From Octopus vulgaris (lineage: Eukaryota), in assembly GCA_951406725.2 (NCBI GenBank), contig OX597822.1, forward strand, positions 43,958,001-44,022,000: a DNA stretch of 64,000 bases, read 5' to 3'. Positions 43,048 through 57,534 of the stretch are shown one piece after another. Below the pieces are notes generated by a model. The model made no database searches. It saw only the letters and a program-made list of their open reading frames with translations, and was not told where the DNA came from. Each line of letters opens with the position of its first letter. The stretch's first letter is position 1. Made by a program: the position numbers and the translations under genes.

Positions 43048-43144
43048 TCCTTTATTCTCGACATATGTTTCGAAGGCTGCATATTCCTAATTCCGAAGGA
43101 ATAAGGAGTACATTATGCAGATTTCTCATCAGGAAAATCAAGGA
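43048..43144 (-). ncRNA. Type I hammerhead ribozyme, antisense copy
   Basis: Exact reverse complement of 43220-43316. Confidence 0.85.
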
Positions 43145-43219
43145 ACATATGTCGACATCATGGGCTCCTTGAGAGCGGTCAGCTAAAAGTTTTTTGTGCA
43201 TTTTGATGTCGACATAAGT

Positions 43220-43316
43220 TCCTTGATTTTCCTGATGAGAAATCTGCATAATGTACTCCTTATTCCTTCGGAATTAGGAATATGCAGCCTTCGAAACATA
43301 TGTCGAGAATAAAGGA
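43220..43316 (+). ncRNA. Type I hammerhead ribozyme (intact core)
   Basis: Stem I 5' TCCTTGATTTTC; CTGATGA (43232-38); stem II; GAAA (43293-96); stem III AC-ATAT-GT; C17 (GUC, cut after 43304); stem I 3' GAGAATAAAGGA (11 of 12 pairs). Confidence 0.85.
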
Positions 43317-43511
43317 TATTTGTTAACCAGTCGTTCAACTCCATTCTTTCATATACTTATAATTTTAAAATAAATATACAAATTTCCGCACGAAGACACG
43401 TAGTCTATGCCCTAGGGACGTAGCTTCAACCGTGTTCTTTCTGATGTGAATTTGCTACCCAGGTATCGGTTATATTTCGAATTATCCTTAATAAGATAAT
43501 TCATTTAATTA

Positions 43512-43553
<42 letters not shown>

Positions 43554-43576
43554 CATACACACACACATATGTATAT

Positions 43577-43640
<64 letters not shown>

Positions 43641-43928
43641 CGTACCTATATATAAACAATTGCAGCGTGAACGTGATTATAAGCCATTTAAAAATACACA
43701 AAAACCATTAGGTTCACTTCAGAATTCCGTGCACCACAGAGATTTGTCAGTGACCAGGTCGCGGTCTCAAAGCGACGGAAATATTTTGGCAAATTAAATT
43801 TCAATATTGAAGTGAATCTAACGGTTTTTGTGTGTTTCTTAAATGGCTTATAAACACCTTCTACGCTACAATTGTTTTCGTTCCAGCACACGATCTCAGA
43901 TCAGGTCATTTGGTATGCAAGTACATTT

Positions 43929-43989
<61 letters not shown>

Positions 43990-43991
<2 letters not shown>

Positions 43992-45251
43992 AGGTTGTAT
44001 GAAGAAGTTCTCGGGCTAGTTATGTTTAGCAAAATATAACTTCGAAATAGTCACCTTGCAGAGCAATACACAGGTTCTAACGTTGCTGCCGCTTTTGGAA
44101 TCCGTTCTGGAAGTTATTTCCCGTCAGCTAATCGAGGAAGTTCTGCGATTTTCTCTGGATCTCGACAATGGTGTTAAACCGGCGACCTTTGGTCTATATT
44201 TTCATCTTGGCGAAGAGATGGAATCCGCAGGAACTAAATCTGGTGAATATGGCGGGTTTGGAATCGATAACATGTTGATTTTGGCGAAGGAACCCACGAA
44301 TGCGGAGAGCTTGGTGGCAGGGTGCCTTGTCGTCGTGAAAAAGTCCAATTCTTCGCACTCCACAAGCTCGTTCTCAAACGCTTCAAAAAATCGCTATTGA
44401 TCTCTTGATTGACCTTGTGGTGCTGGGGTTCAAATTCTCGATGCACAGCATGACAAAGAAACACAATGTGCATGCTCCAGCTTAAACTCCGACTCTGTCA
44501 TACCATCTTCAGTCGTGCAGATAAAAGCTTCTTCTTTTCAGACGACGGCTGCTTTGTCTCAGCGTCGTACCCGTAGACCCAACTCTCATCACCGGTCTTG
44601 AACCTCGACAAGAAGGATGGGTCATCAGCAACACGCTGACGGAAATCTTGACTGACATCGACACGAAGTTCTTTCTGCTCAGTGGTCAGCAATCGGGGAC
44701 AAACTTGGCAGAGGCACATTGCATGTTCAATTCAGACGTTAGGATTGCCTGCACGGACCCATTCGACAGGCCAACAACATCAGCAACGTCCTTGATTGTC
44801 CTCCAAATGTACTCATCCTCAAGCTGATAAATTTTCTCCACATTTCCGGGGTTGACACTCGTAATAGCTCTTCCAGATCGCTAATCGGGTTCCAGGAACC
44901 TTCTGTATTTGAAACGCTCGTACCGCTCGAAACCTTGCGCGTACCTCCCATTGTCACATTGCCGTACGTTTGCCGAGGCATGTTCAATATCTCTGTAGAA
45001 AACTTCCCAAGTATAACGCAAGATTTCAGGTTGGCCCTTTGTTCTAACTTCCTATACATAACAAAATCGCAGACTACAGCCTACATGTGATCACAATAAC
45101 ACATTCCGCAATTTGTGAAGTAAACACAGCGATGTCACTCGACCCACTGCGCCATAAACGTCACTGCTGGCTTTCACTGTGCATGCAACAGTTTGCTGCC
45201 ATCTGTTGGAGCGTTACAAATCTAGTCCGGCAAAATTCTGCTACCACCTCA
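43990..45251 (-). mobile_element. Mariner transposon, decayed near-full-length copy in (TA)n
   Basis: LEQRANLKSCVILGK..; VCPRLLTTEQKELRV..TGDESWVYGYDAETKQ; YSPDLV-like motif near 44230-44250; degenerate TIRs at both ends. Confidence 0.88.
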
Positions 45252-45260
45252 TATATATTG

Positions 45261-45322
<62 letters not shown>

Positions 45323-45676
45323 ATATAATATAATATAAATAATATATATATGCATATATGCATACACATATGTATGTACCTGCATATATATGTATATACA
45401 CATGCATATATGGGTACAGGACCTCAAAAAATGTGAACAACAGCAAAAACGAGAACATGGAAAAATGGAAAACGAACATTTTTCAAACAACGAAAGAAAC
45501 AAATAGAGAGATGAGACAGGCAACATAAGGAACAATCCCGTCATCAGTTGTCACCTGTTTTATCTACTCCGCGTTTCGAACGGTAGAGACAAGACTCGTC
45601 TTCGTTGAAATAGTCGTTCCCGCAAAGCAAATTTTAAAAAATTGGGATTTGTGGATGGTTAAAGTGGTAACAAACG

Positions 45677-45965
45677 TTTTCATCGTTTTCGTCGTTTTCG
45701 ACACAATTAAAATCTTGTGCAATTGAAATCCGAGTGCCTTTTTGGTCAGCTGAAAGCGGTTTTGGTACAAACTTGGCAGACACAAGTCTCATACCCAAAT
45801 CTTCCTTCCAAGAACTGCTGTAAACAGCAAAAGTGAGCTAGAACGTTACAACTTAGTTCGCATGCACAGGAGAGTTTAAGGTCAATTTGTGCCAAGCAGC
45901 TTTACTCTGCGTGCTTTAGCTTCGTTACTATGGCAACAATCAGGATACTTATTGATCAGATCGCG
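45677..45965 (-). mobile_element. Mariner MITE fragment (same lineage as 57609-58354)
   Basis: GMRLVSAKFVPK-type segment joined to a 5' end TGATCAATAAGTATCC..ACGAAGCTAAAGCACGCAGAGTAAA. Confidence 0.75.
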
Positions 45966-46724
45966 TACATGGTGTCCCTGTGTAACTCAAGGACTTATTT
46001 TAAATCTTTCTGATGTTGATGCAAGGCCTTAATTTGGAGAGAAGGTTAATTGATGAAATCGGCCATAATACATGACAGATATTTTGTTATTTGATCGACC
46101 CTGGAGAAATGAAATGCAAAGCTGACTCTCGGTGGAATTTGAATTCAAAGCGTAATGAGCGAGAACAAACACCGCAAGGCATTCTCCGATTTTCCGACTG
46201 TCAACCAGTTCTACAAATTCACAGACCTCAAATTTTGAAGAGGTAGCTATCGATTAAATCGACTCCAATACTTGATTGGTGATTAATTTTATCCATATCG
46301 AAAAGCTGAATGGCAGACTGGAACATTGAACATAATGACTATACACAAATAAAACAAGGCATTGTTTTCGAATTAATTTTGTTATCTGTTACAATGGACC
46401 ACGTTGTCAGGGGCATTCAAAAGACGAACGCCAACGCGGCGGGTGTTTATAATGAATAAAAACCTAAAAAGAAAATGAGAAAGACATCAACCGGAAATTT
46501 TCCCCAATAAAGAATCCCGCCAGGACAAATTTTGGAGGGAATGGAACAAACCGTCTGCGCCCGCACACGCACACACGCTAGGATAAACACACACACACAC
46601 ACACACACACACTGTTCCAGAATATTCTGTCATATTCCATTGGCCTCTCCCGTGATTAACGACCATGGACGTAGTTCCTATTTGTCTGCCCTGCTGGAGC
46701 ACAGCAGTGGGCTACTCTCTTTAG

Positions 46725-46901
46725 TCTTTTACTCTTTTATTTGTTTCAGTCATTTCACTGCGGCCATGCTGGAGCACCGCCTTTAGTCGAGCAAATCGAC
46801 TCCAGAACTTATTCTTTGTAAGCCTAGTACTTATTCTATCGGTCTCTTTTGCGGAGACGTAAACACACCAGCATCTGCTGTCAAGCAACGTTGGGGGAAC
46901 A

Positions 46902-46992
<91 letters not shown>

Positions 46993-47160
46993 TATATACG
47001 GCGGGTTTCTTTTCAGTCTCCGTCTACCAAATGCACTCACAAGGCTTTGGTCGGCTCGAGGCTATAGTAGAAGACACTTGTCCAAGGTGCCACGCAATGG
47101 GACTGAACCCAGAACCATCTGGTTGGTAAGCAAGCTACTTACCACACAGCCACTCCTGTC
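46725..47160 (-). mobile_element. SINE family A
   Basis: Reverse complement of the family A sequence. Confidence 0.88.
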
Positions 47161-47589
47161 CAGATATTGTTTGAGTTGTAGTGGTCAGATCCTATTTCTC
47201 CGGTATAGAGTGTTCGATACGATTGAAGTCCATGCATGAAAGGTATGCCCATGCATCATGTCCCTACTCTCCATGCCACTAATGCATCCGAAAGAACAAA
47301 ACGGTCGTTATAATTTAGCAGTATGGCACCAGCGTCGTTGCAGGAGTTGCTCGACCAAAGTTATAAATAAAATCGGACTTTCAGTCGTTCAGTTATACAG
47401 GTTGACGCCGCCCAATTTATAAGGGCCTCTAATATTTTAGAAATATCGCCTCAATACGCTTTTTAGCAAGACCAGGTGGAAATGTCCCCCACGAAATTCA
47501 CATCAGTAGAAAGAGATTAAACAGCAGCATCAACAGTAACACCTCGAAGATACTAGCAGAGAAGCACCAACAGCAACAATAATAAAGGT

Positions 47590-47895
47590 TTCAGCTAAAA
47601 TGGCAGAAATGGGATCAGGTACGATCCGTAGTAAAAGAAACGATCAATTATGAAGAGAATAGGTACGAACAATGTCCGCCTCGTCCCAAGACTAAAGCAG
47701 AAACGCAATTGCATATACAATGCCAGATGTATTTTCCTTGCCCAGCTTAAATAGCATTGACGTCCGTTTAATTTCAACTTAGGGATCAGTCTCAATCTGC
47801 GCAAATGCCCCACCTTAAATTTTTCTGTCATTTCTTTCTCCATCAATTTATCCATTTCCAAAATCCCTAAGTATTTACAGTTCGTCTCTTGTATC
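47590..47895 (-). pseudogene. R4/Dong-like retrotransposon fragment next to (TAA)n
   Basis: KYLGILEMDKLMEKEMTEKFKVGHLRRLRLIPKLKLNGR is homologous to the YKYLG..KSKLNA region of the 844-4680 element. Confidence 0.65.
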
Positions 47896-47912
47896 TTCTA
47901 TTATTATTATTA

Positions 47913-48014
<102 letters not shown>

Positions 48015-48026
48015 TCATTATTATTA

Positions 48027-49865
48027 CACAACGTAACAATTTTCAAAAAAAATTTTTTTTATTGTTTATCAATCCATTTTTTCTGCTGATTCCAAAAACA
48101 AAATTATATTTTTTGTGTAACAGTTAAGAAAATATGTTGACTTTCAATGTTACTATATATTCGGTATTGTTATAATGTTCCGCAACTAAATGTTTGTCTA
48201 ATTTTCTCTTTCAGACCAATTACTAAGTTCTGCTACATTTTGCTATGTATGTGGTTATTATATTGGAAAAAATCAGGTATTACATAAGATCGTGAAAGGT
48301 ACCAATTGTGGATAGCGTACAGACTATTTCAGAATGCCCATGGGTGACTAGGACAAACCATGAGCCCCACATGTGATATGTGGAAACTGTCGATCTACTC
48401 TAGAAAGATGGTTAAGAGGTACAGGAAGGTCAATGCTTTTTGCCATTCCAGGGGTATGGAGAGAGCCAAAGAACCATCACGATGACTGTCACTTTTATAT
48501 GATCGATGTGACAAAGTACAGAAAAGTGAAAAGAAGACAAGCTCTTCAGTATCCAGACATACCATCATCTAGAGCACCTGTCCCACATGATGACAGTTTA
48601 CGAGTACCACTACCACCAGAAAATATTTCACCTGCAGAGTCAACAAGTAGCAGCAGCCAAGAAATGGAGGAAGCTTTCGTACCAAGAACGAGTTCGGAGC
48701 CTCACTTTCCAAATCAGAGTGAACTAGATGATTTAATCAGGGATCTGGGTCTTACTAAGTCAGGATCCGAACTTCTTTCATCAAGGTTGAAAGAATGGAA
48801 TCTACTGGGGAAGACCGCAAGACATCTGTGTACTGGAAAAGCCATGAAGAATTTGAAATTTACTATGAAAATATTAATGATCTGTGTTATTGTAAAGATG
48901 TGATTGGTTTGTCTACTGCTATTGGACTCAAGCATGATTCTGCGGAATGGCGACTGTTCATAGATAGCTCAATACGAAGCTTCAAAGCAGTGTTGCTCCA
49001 CAATGGAAATAAATATCCTTCTTTGCATCTTGCACACTCTATACAGAAGAAAGAAAATTACGATAATGTCAAAGAACTTCTCGGCAAATAAATTACGCTG
49101 AGTTCAAGTGGAATGTTTGTGGTGGTTTCAAGATGCTAGCCTTCATTCTCGGCTTGCAAGAGGGATACACAAAGTATTCATGTTTCCTTTGCTTATGGGA
49201 CAGCAGAGCGGATGATGATCATTACAAGACAGTACATTGGCCCTCACGAGTGGAACTACAGCCAGGAATGTGAAATGTTCTCAAACAGCCCCTAGTAGAT
49301 TCCAACAAAATCTTATTACCCCCACTTCATATCAAACTCGGGTTGATAAAACAGTTTGTGAAGGCCTTAGATTTTAGAGGAGAAGCTTTTCAAGAATTTT
49401 TTCTTATGTTTCCAAAGCTATCTGAGGCTAAGATCAAGGGTGGCATATTTGTTGGGCTCGAAGTAAATGCAATGTTAAAGTTGAAGAAACTAGAAAGAGC
49501 GATGACAAAAGTTGAAAAAGAAGCTTGGTGTGCATTTCGTGATGTAGTTCGTGGATTCCTAGGAAATCACAAGGATCCTAATTACAAACAGCTGGTAGCA
49601 AAACTCATTGAAAACTTTTAAAAAATGGATTGTCGTATGTCCTTAAAGGTTCATTTCTTGCACTCTCACCTAGATTTTTCCCCTGAAAACTTGGGTGATG
49701 TCAGTGAGGAGCATGGTGAGAAATTTCATCAGGACATCGCAACTATGGAAAGAAAATACGAAGGACAATGGGATGCTACTATGATAGGAGATTATATATG
49801 GTCTCTAGTCAGAAGAGATGAAGGTATACACTCTATAAAATCTCGATCGTTAAAGCACTTCTCAT
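48027..49865 (+). mobile_element. Chapaev3-like (CMC) DNA transposon, decayed transposase
   Basis: FCYVCG, MG(D)*DKP*APH, FAIPGVWREPKNHHDDC, EWRLFIDSS..KAVLLHNGN, GYTKYSCFLCLWDSRA, LLPPLHIKLG, KVHFLHSHLDF, SEEHGEKFHQDI; left end TTA|CACAACGTAAC. Superfamily assigned from recall. Confidence 0.75.
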
Positions 49866-49962
49866 CTTGCAAATTCCAAGTGCACCGCTTATTACTGGTA
49901 TCACGTCTATTTTCTTATTTACCACAATCTACGTGGTATTCTTCTTCTTCTTCTTCTTCTTC

Positions 49963-50029
<67 letters not shown>

Positions 50030-50657
50030 GATTATTATTATTATTAGAAAAACCATCCATCACTCGTCGCTAAATGATATTTCCACATAGGATTCCTTAT
50101 ATGTACAATATTTCTGATACGTTATGGCTAATATTCTCTTATATTTTTCACCCGTCCAATAATACTCATTCGCTCAGCAAACGAATACCATACACTCAAT
50201 AAAAACGATAGAATTTATGAAGAAATCAGATCTTATGTTGTCTTAACTTAGTCACTTATAAGTCCTCAGTTTATCATATTACAATACAATCCAGCTGTCC
50301 TTTCACGCAGAATTTCGTCTTTTTCTAATGCCAAGAGCCTGTAGTGACTATATATATACATAACAGAACTGTGATTATATATATCAGGAAATATATATCT
50401 AAGCCGAAACAATTTGTTGGCCTTTTATGGTTTTAATAATTATTTATGTTTTATAATATTATGTTATGTTATATATTATATTCATAACATTTGATATAAT
50501 ATTGTAATATAAATACATTATTGGGTTGTCAATAGAATATCTCTATATTTAATTCATCTTTACATATATATATGTGTGTGTGTGTGTGTGTATGTCTGTG
50601 TGTGTGTGTTAAATAAAATGAGAAACAAAACCAAGGCTATGTGGAATTTATAGGACA

Positions 50658-51041
50658 CTAGCAGTATCGCCCGGCGTTGCTCGGGTTTGTAAGGGAAATA
50701 ACTATATAAGCATTTTTAGAGAGTTATAGCCAAAAAATAGCAAAAAAATGCATTAAAAATGAAAAACAAATGATGGTAAATTTTTTTTAAAATCGTTGAC
50801 TCATCGTAGACATTTTTAGAGAGTTACTTCCCTTATATAATAGCGAAAAAATGCATTAAAATGGAAAAAAAGATGGTAAATTTTTTTTTTAAATCGTAGA
50901 CTCATCGTATCCAGAAGGGCTCGATATGAATCACGACTATAAGATAACCGGTTTTGGTTAAACTGCACCGCAAAATGTGGGAGTAGTTAGGTATCTAAAT
51001 CGTAGGAGACAGACACACAACTTCTCTTTTATATATAAAGA
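50658..51041 (-). mobile_element. Non-autonomous Helitron, complete
   Basis: Minus strand A|TCTTTATATATAAAAG...CCCGAGCAACGCCGGG (hairpin) CGATACTGCTAG|T: 5' TC, 3' CTAG, A|T target, no TSD. Confidence 0.9.
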
Positions 51042-51059
51042 TTTATAAAGAGAAAGGTA

Positions 51060-51107
51060 GTCTTACAGCTATTTCTGGGATATTAGGGATATCCCTTCAT
51101 TAGAGAC
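51060..51107 (-). ncRNA. Degenerate minimal hammerhead ribozyme
   Basis: GTCT-CTAATGA-A-GGGATAT/ATATCCC-A-GAAA-TAGCTGTA|AGAC; stems I, II and III pair but the core reads CTAATGA. Confidence 0.6.
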
Positions 51108-51400
51108 GATTTGAGAGAGTTAACTAGAATATTAGCGTTCAATATAAGGAGTCATTCTGGAAAAGATGGATAAAGGGAAATAAGAGAATAAAAATACAAG
51201 TAAAAATATATGTTGAATGTTACTGTTGCAGTTCCATTATCCAAGTAAAAACGGTGTAGAATGGGTAAAGAAGCTTCTTGTCCATGGTATGTAAATTCCG
51301 AGAGGAGTTCATATTTTGTTATTACAAGTGGATAGTGTGGCGATATAAATTCTATGTGCTGTTCATTCAAAGGGGTCTTGTGGTGTGAATGAAATTTTGA

Positions 51401-51476
<76 letters not shown>

Positions 51477-51494
51477 ATATATTCTCTTATTTCT

Positions 51495-51893
51495 CTTTTG
51501 CTTGTTTCAATCATTTGACTGTGGCCATGCTGGAGCACCACCTTTAGTCGAGCAAATCGACCCCAGGACTTATTCTTTGTAAGCCTAGTACTTATTCTAT
51601 CGGTCTCTTTTGCCGAACCGCTAAGTTACGGGGACGTAAACATACCAGCAGCGGTTGTCAAGCGACGTTGGGGGGACAAACACAGACACAAAAACATACA
51701 CACACACACACACACACATATATACATATATACGACGGGCTTCTCTCAGTTTCCGTCTACTAAATCCAGTCACAAGGCTTTGGTCGACCCGAGGCCATAG
51801 TAGAAGACACTTGCCGAAGGTGCCAAGCAGTGGGACTGAACCCGGAAGCATGTGGATCGTAAGCAAGCTACTTACCACACAACCACCCCTACG

Positions 51894-51895
<2 letters not shown>
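51495..51895 (-). mobile_element. SINE family A, full length
   Basis: Reverse complement of the family A sequence. Confidence 0.9.
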
Positions 51896-51941
<46 letters not shown>

Positions 51942-51967
51942 TATATATTTATACCCCTGTATATATA

Positions 51968-53172
51968 TATATATATATTTATAAAAGGCATGTTGTATGT
52001 ATGTGTGCGTGTGCGTGTGTGTGTGTGTTTGTGTGTGTACGTGATTGTAATTTATGCACGTCCACAAATTAGCACGCATGTCACTCCAATTTTAGGAGGA
52101 CATTCGCCAACACCCTACCTGGGTTTTGTCAACTTATTTTTTCCCGAGGCACCCGCGGAGAGCGGTAAAAATCTATTTTCAGCCATAGCTTTTACCAATT
52201 TTGAAGATTGATAACATGAGTTAAGTCCCTTCTAACCAGAGCCAAGTGAAAGTGTGTGCGTGAGGGAGAGAGAGAAGTTGTGTGTTGATGTGTATGAGGG
52301 AGAGGGAGTGTTTCACAACGTCTAACAAAAAAAGTAAAGAAAAGGTATGTGTAAGGAAGAGTGGGAGATAGTTTAACAGCGTCTAACAAAAAAAAAGGTA
52401 AAGAAAAGTGGAAGAGAGGCAGAGAGTTTCACAGCGTCTAAACAAAAAAAAGGGAAAGACAAAGTGAGAGAGAGAGAGAGGGAGAGAGAGAGAGAGTAAG
52501 TGACGACGTTCATAGAAAATAAAATGTAAAATGTTTTGTTTTTTCTTAAACACGAGATATAGTGTTCAAATTTAGGATGTTTTTGAAAGACACAATATTT
52601 TATAATCAGATTATATATACTTTCTCACACAACAATTGCAATATATTTATTTTAAATCGTTCATCTTTCTCCCCCTCTCTCTCGCACACATTACTTTGGG
52701 TGCGAAAGAGTTTTGTTTTTATTTTACACCGAGTAAAAAAGTGTTTTCTTGAGAATCCATTTATTTAACAACAAAGAAACAAAGTAGTAACAGTTTGTCA
52801 GTAAAGTACACAATATAAACGGGCACGATTTCCGAGGCTTCCACCACACGCCCCTCTGTTTTACGGACAACAAAAAGGGTTTTGTAGCATATTAGGAGGC
52901 CAGAGTAGTTGATTCCACGCAAAAAAAAAAACGATTTTTTTATATTAATGAAAATCGTGCGAGTGTTGATCTACAAATTTAGCAACATTTTTTTCCATTC
53001 ATTTCTGTTTATGAACATGTATGCGTGCAAAAAACATATCCAAAATGTATAAACAAATTTCAATGGATTTCGCCCAAATTTGACGTCGATATTACTCAGT
53101 ATAGTTTGAAATAAAACTTGATTAGCTTAATAATCTAACTTACTCCCGGGCAAAGCCGGGTTATACCGTTAG
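51968..53172 (+). mobile_element. Non-autonomous Helitron-like element (about 1.2 kb)
   Basis: 5' TATATTTATAAAAGGCATGTTGTATGT; 3' CCCGGGCAAAGCCGGG hairpin then TTATACCGTTAG|T; internal CGTCTAACAAAAAAAA repeats. Confidence 0.7.
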
Positions 53173-53194
53173 TATATATACATACATACATATG

Positions 53195-53891
<697 letters not shown>

Positions 53892-54459
53892 AGAAGACTT
53901 CGTACTATTGCGTGACAGTAGGCTGAGTTGCACGCCCGGTAGGTACTGAAAAAAAACAACATATTGATAGATTTAGTTTGGATTCGAACTCATATGAACA
54001 TATACATTATTTTACCGCTGCACTACTTTTCCGTCGTCATATCTCAGTATTATTAACCTACATAAATGCACAATGACAGATGTACAGAGATAGGAAATGA
54101 ATTTTTCTTTTTTTTTGTTCCTATTCATCCTATGAACTACGATAACACAAATAGTGATCTCAGCAAAGGAATTAACTATCGGAAACATATAACACATTAC
54201 ATGTTATTGTCCTTATCGTGTGCTGTAACAGTTTCCCATAATGGATTTGTTTTAAAAGCATTGTGCACAACAATCAAATACGTTAGTTGAAAGAAAATTA
54301 GGCAAGTTTATCTTTGGTGCAATCAACATAAATAAATTAAAACCAAATTCCTTTTTCAGCTTCATATTCTTTGAACATCGACCAACAAATATGACAAGAT
54401 ACTGGAATCGGTACAATTTAGCTGATGCTGGATTAAAATTATAGTTCAGAGAAATGAAG

Positions 54460-54775
54460 GAGGTGAGCTGGCAGAATCGTTAGCACGCCGGACAAAAATA
54501 TTTGCGGTATTTCGTCTGCCGCTACGTTCTGAGTTCAAATTCGTCCGAGGTCGACTTTGCCTTTCATCCTTTCGGCGTCCATTAAATAAGTACCAGTTGC
54601 GAACTGGAGTCGATATAATTGACTTAATCCGTTTGTCTGTCCTTGTTTGTCCCCTCTGTGTTTAGCCCATTGTGGGTAGTAAAGAAATAAGTATTTCGAC
54701 GGTCTTTATGTTCTGACGTAAGCGAAAAACCCCTTTTCCTGAAATTTCAGTCCTTATGCCAATAACAGAAAGGAT
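54460..54775 (+). mobile_element. SINE family B (other copies at 29380-29585, 31490-31630, 32565-32750)
   Basis: GGAGGTGAGCTGGCAGAATCGTTAG head, B box and core. Confidence 0.85.
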
Positions 54776-54889
54776 AATTTGGGGAAATGCGTTTACTGAT
54801 AAGTCTATAGAAAATGACATTCAGATGTTCGAGCAGACTTCATATTTCTTTCCAGAAGTATAAACATCTGGCCGAATATATATATATAT

Positions 54890-55515
<626 letters not shown>

Positions 55516-56187
55516 GTATGTATAATATTCTATAATTATATACATAATTATTATGAGGGGGCGGCTTATTGCCTCGCCACATACTGAATTAGAAATAGAC
55601 GCTAATGTCTTTTCAACTAACATAAAAACTCCGAAAAAATAACAAACTTTTTTAATGCAGGCAAAAGGGAAATGAAGCAATTCGACTGACGGTGGTCCCC
55701 GTAGCATTACGGCTCGGTGACAGAGACGAATAGAATAAATACTAGGCTTACAAACTGTTCAACTACAAGCGGTGCTCCAGCATGGCCACAGTCGAATGAA
55801 TGAAACAAGTAAAAGAGAAAAGAAACGAAAAATATGCATGTAGGGAGTGAGAGAGAGAAAGAGCGACATACATATATACATATGTAAGTATGTATGTATG
55901 TGTGTGTGTCTGTATGTGTGTCTGTATACTCAGCCGCGTACTAAATTTACTGTGTTAGTAGTGTCAACCTAGTATTAAGTTCAGTTAGTGCATGCATTAG
56001 CATATATCGATTAGAAAGCGTTCTATGTATATACATATATATATATATCAACTTAGTTTGATTTATATTTTTCGGAGTTTTTATGTTAGTTGAAAAGACA
56101 TTAGCGTCTATTTCTAATTCAGTATGTGGCGAGGCAATTAGCTGACCCCTCATTATAATTATGTATATAATTATAGAATATTATACA

Positions 56188-56257
<70 letters not shown>

Positions 56258-56807
56258 CAACTCAGTTTGATTTGAAAACCCCACTAGAATGGGAGAAAGC
56301 GCTAATGATCTAAGTGATATGATATGTATATAAAATGTAATATATAAAAAAAGATCTATAAATATAAACCATCCGATCTTCTGAATACCTCATTTCTTCT
56401 AATATATATATATATTACAAATCATTATATTTTGTAAATTTTCATTTGCCTTGCTTATTTTTTACATTTTGACGTTTGCTGCTTTTTTTTCTTGAAAACA
56501 CACTCTTGGCGGTCAGGCGATTTCACGTTTATCTCTAGCGTAGAGGAATCCACTTTAGTGGTCATTCCTCTTATTAATTGTAATATCATTTTTAAATTTT
56601 CAGATTCTGTTTGAATATGCTAGAGCACTGGTGTAAATTGATGTTAATTGATTGATATCAATTTCTACCATCATTATTTTAATTATATATATATATTAAA
56701 AATGGAATTTATAAACATTTGTTAGACTGTCTAGACTTCGATAATTGCATTCTTTTGACTAAACCTATGGACTTCAAACTAATTATTAAATTTCTTTTAT
56801 TATGGTA

Positions 56808-56859
<52 letters not shown>

Positions 56860-57307
56860 GCGTACAAGTTTGCAAGGTGTTATATAATGTATCAAAAAGA
56901 AGAGGTCTATATATACTGATATTCAAATAGTTTGAATTGAAAAAAGTTAATATCTAAATATTTAAAATATTACGGCGGTTGAGAAAGAGTTCTACCGATA
57001 AAGATATGAAAACAGCAGAAATAAGCATCTGTAAAATATAAAAGCCTCGAGACACGGACGTGACAAAAAGAAAGAGACGAGACTTAAGTCGAATAAAAAT
57101 GAGCAAGGGGAAAATGATGCGAAGGAGAATGGAAAAACAAGAAAACAAGGAATAAAGTGATGATGATGATGATGATGATTATAGTGATGGGGATGAAGTG
57201 TGAATCAGAAGTCAAAATCTTATGTGTGCGTATTGTTATTTATTATCATTTTCTCCTATTAGACAGCGGTATGAATGAGGACGTGTGTGTATGCATGTGT
57301 ATTACAG

Positions 57308-57356
<49 letters not shown>

Positions 57357-57534
57357 GTAGAGAAGGAAAGAGAGATGCTGTATGGTTAAGAAGTTGCTCC
57401 CAAAACATGTGCTCTTTGGTTTAGTCCGTTTGCGCGGCACTTCAGGACAGTGTCTTCTGCTATAAATCCGGGCTGACCAAAGACTTGTGAGTGAATTTCA
57501 TAGACGGAAACTTAAAGAAGAACGTTGTTTTCTT

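Noticed and set aside
45540-45610. Hammerhead in the repeat shared by 18420-18600, 19862-20040 and 45410-45680
   Set aside because: CTGATGA lies downstream of GAAACGCG and I could not form the required stems.
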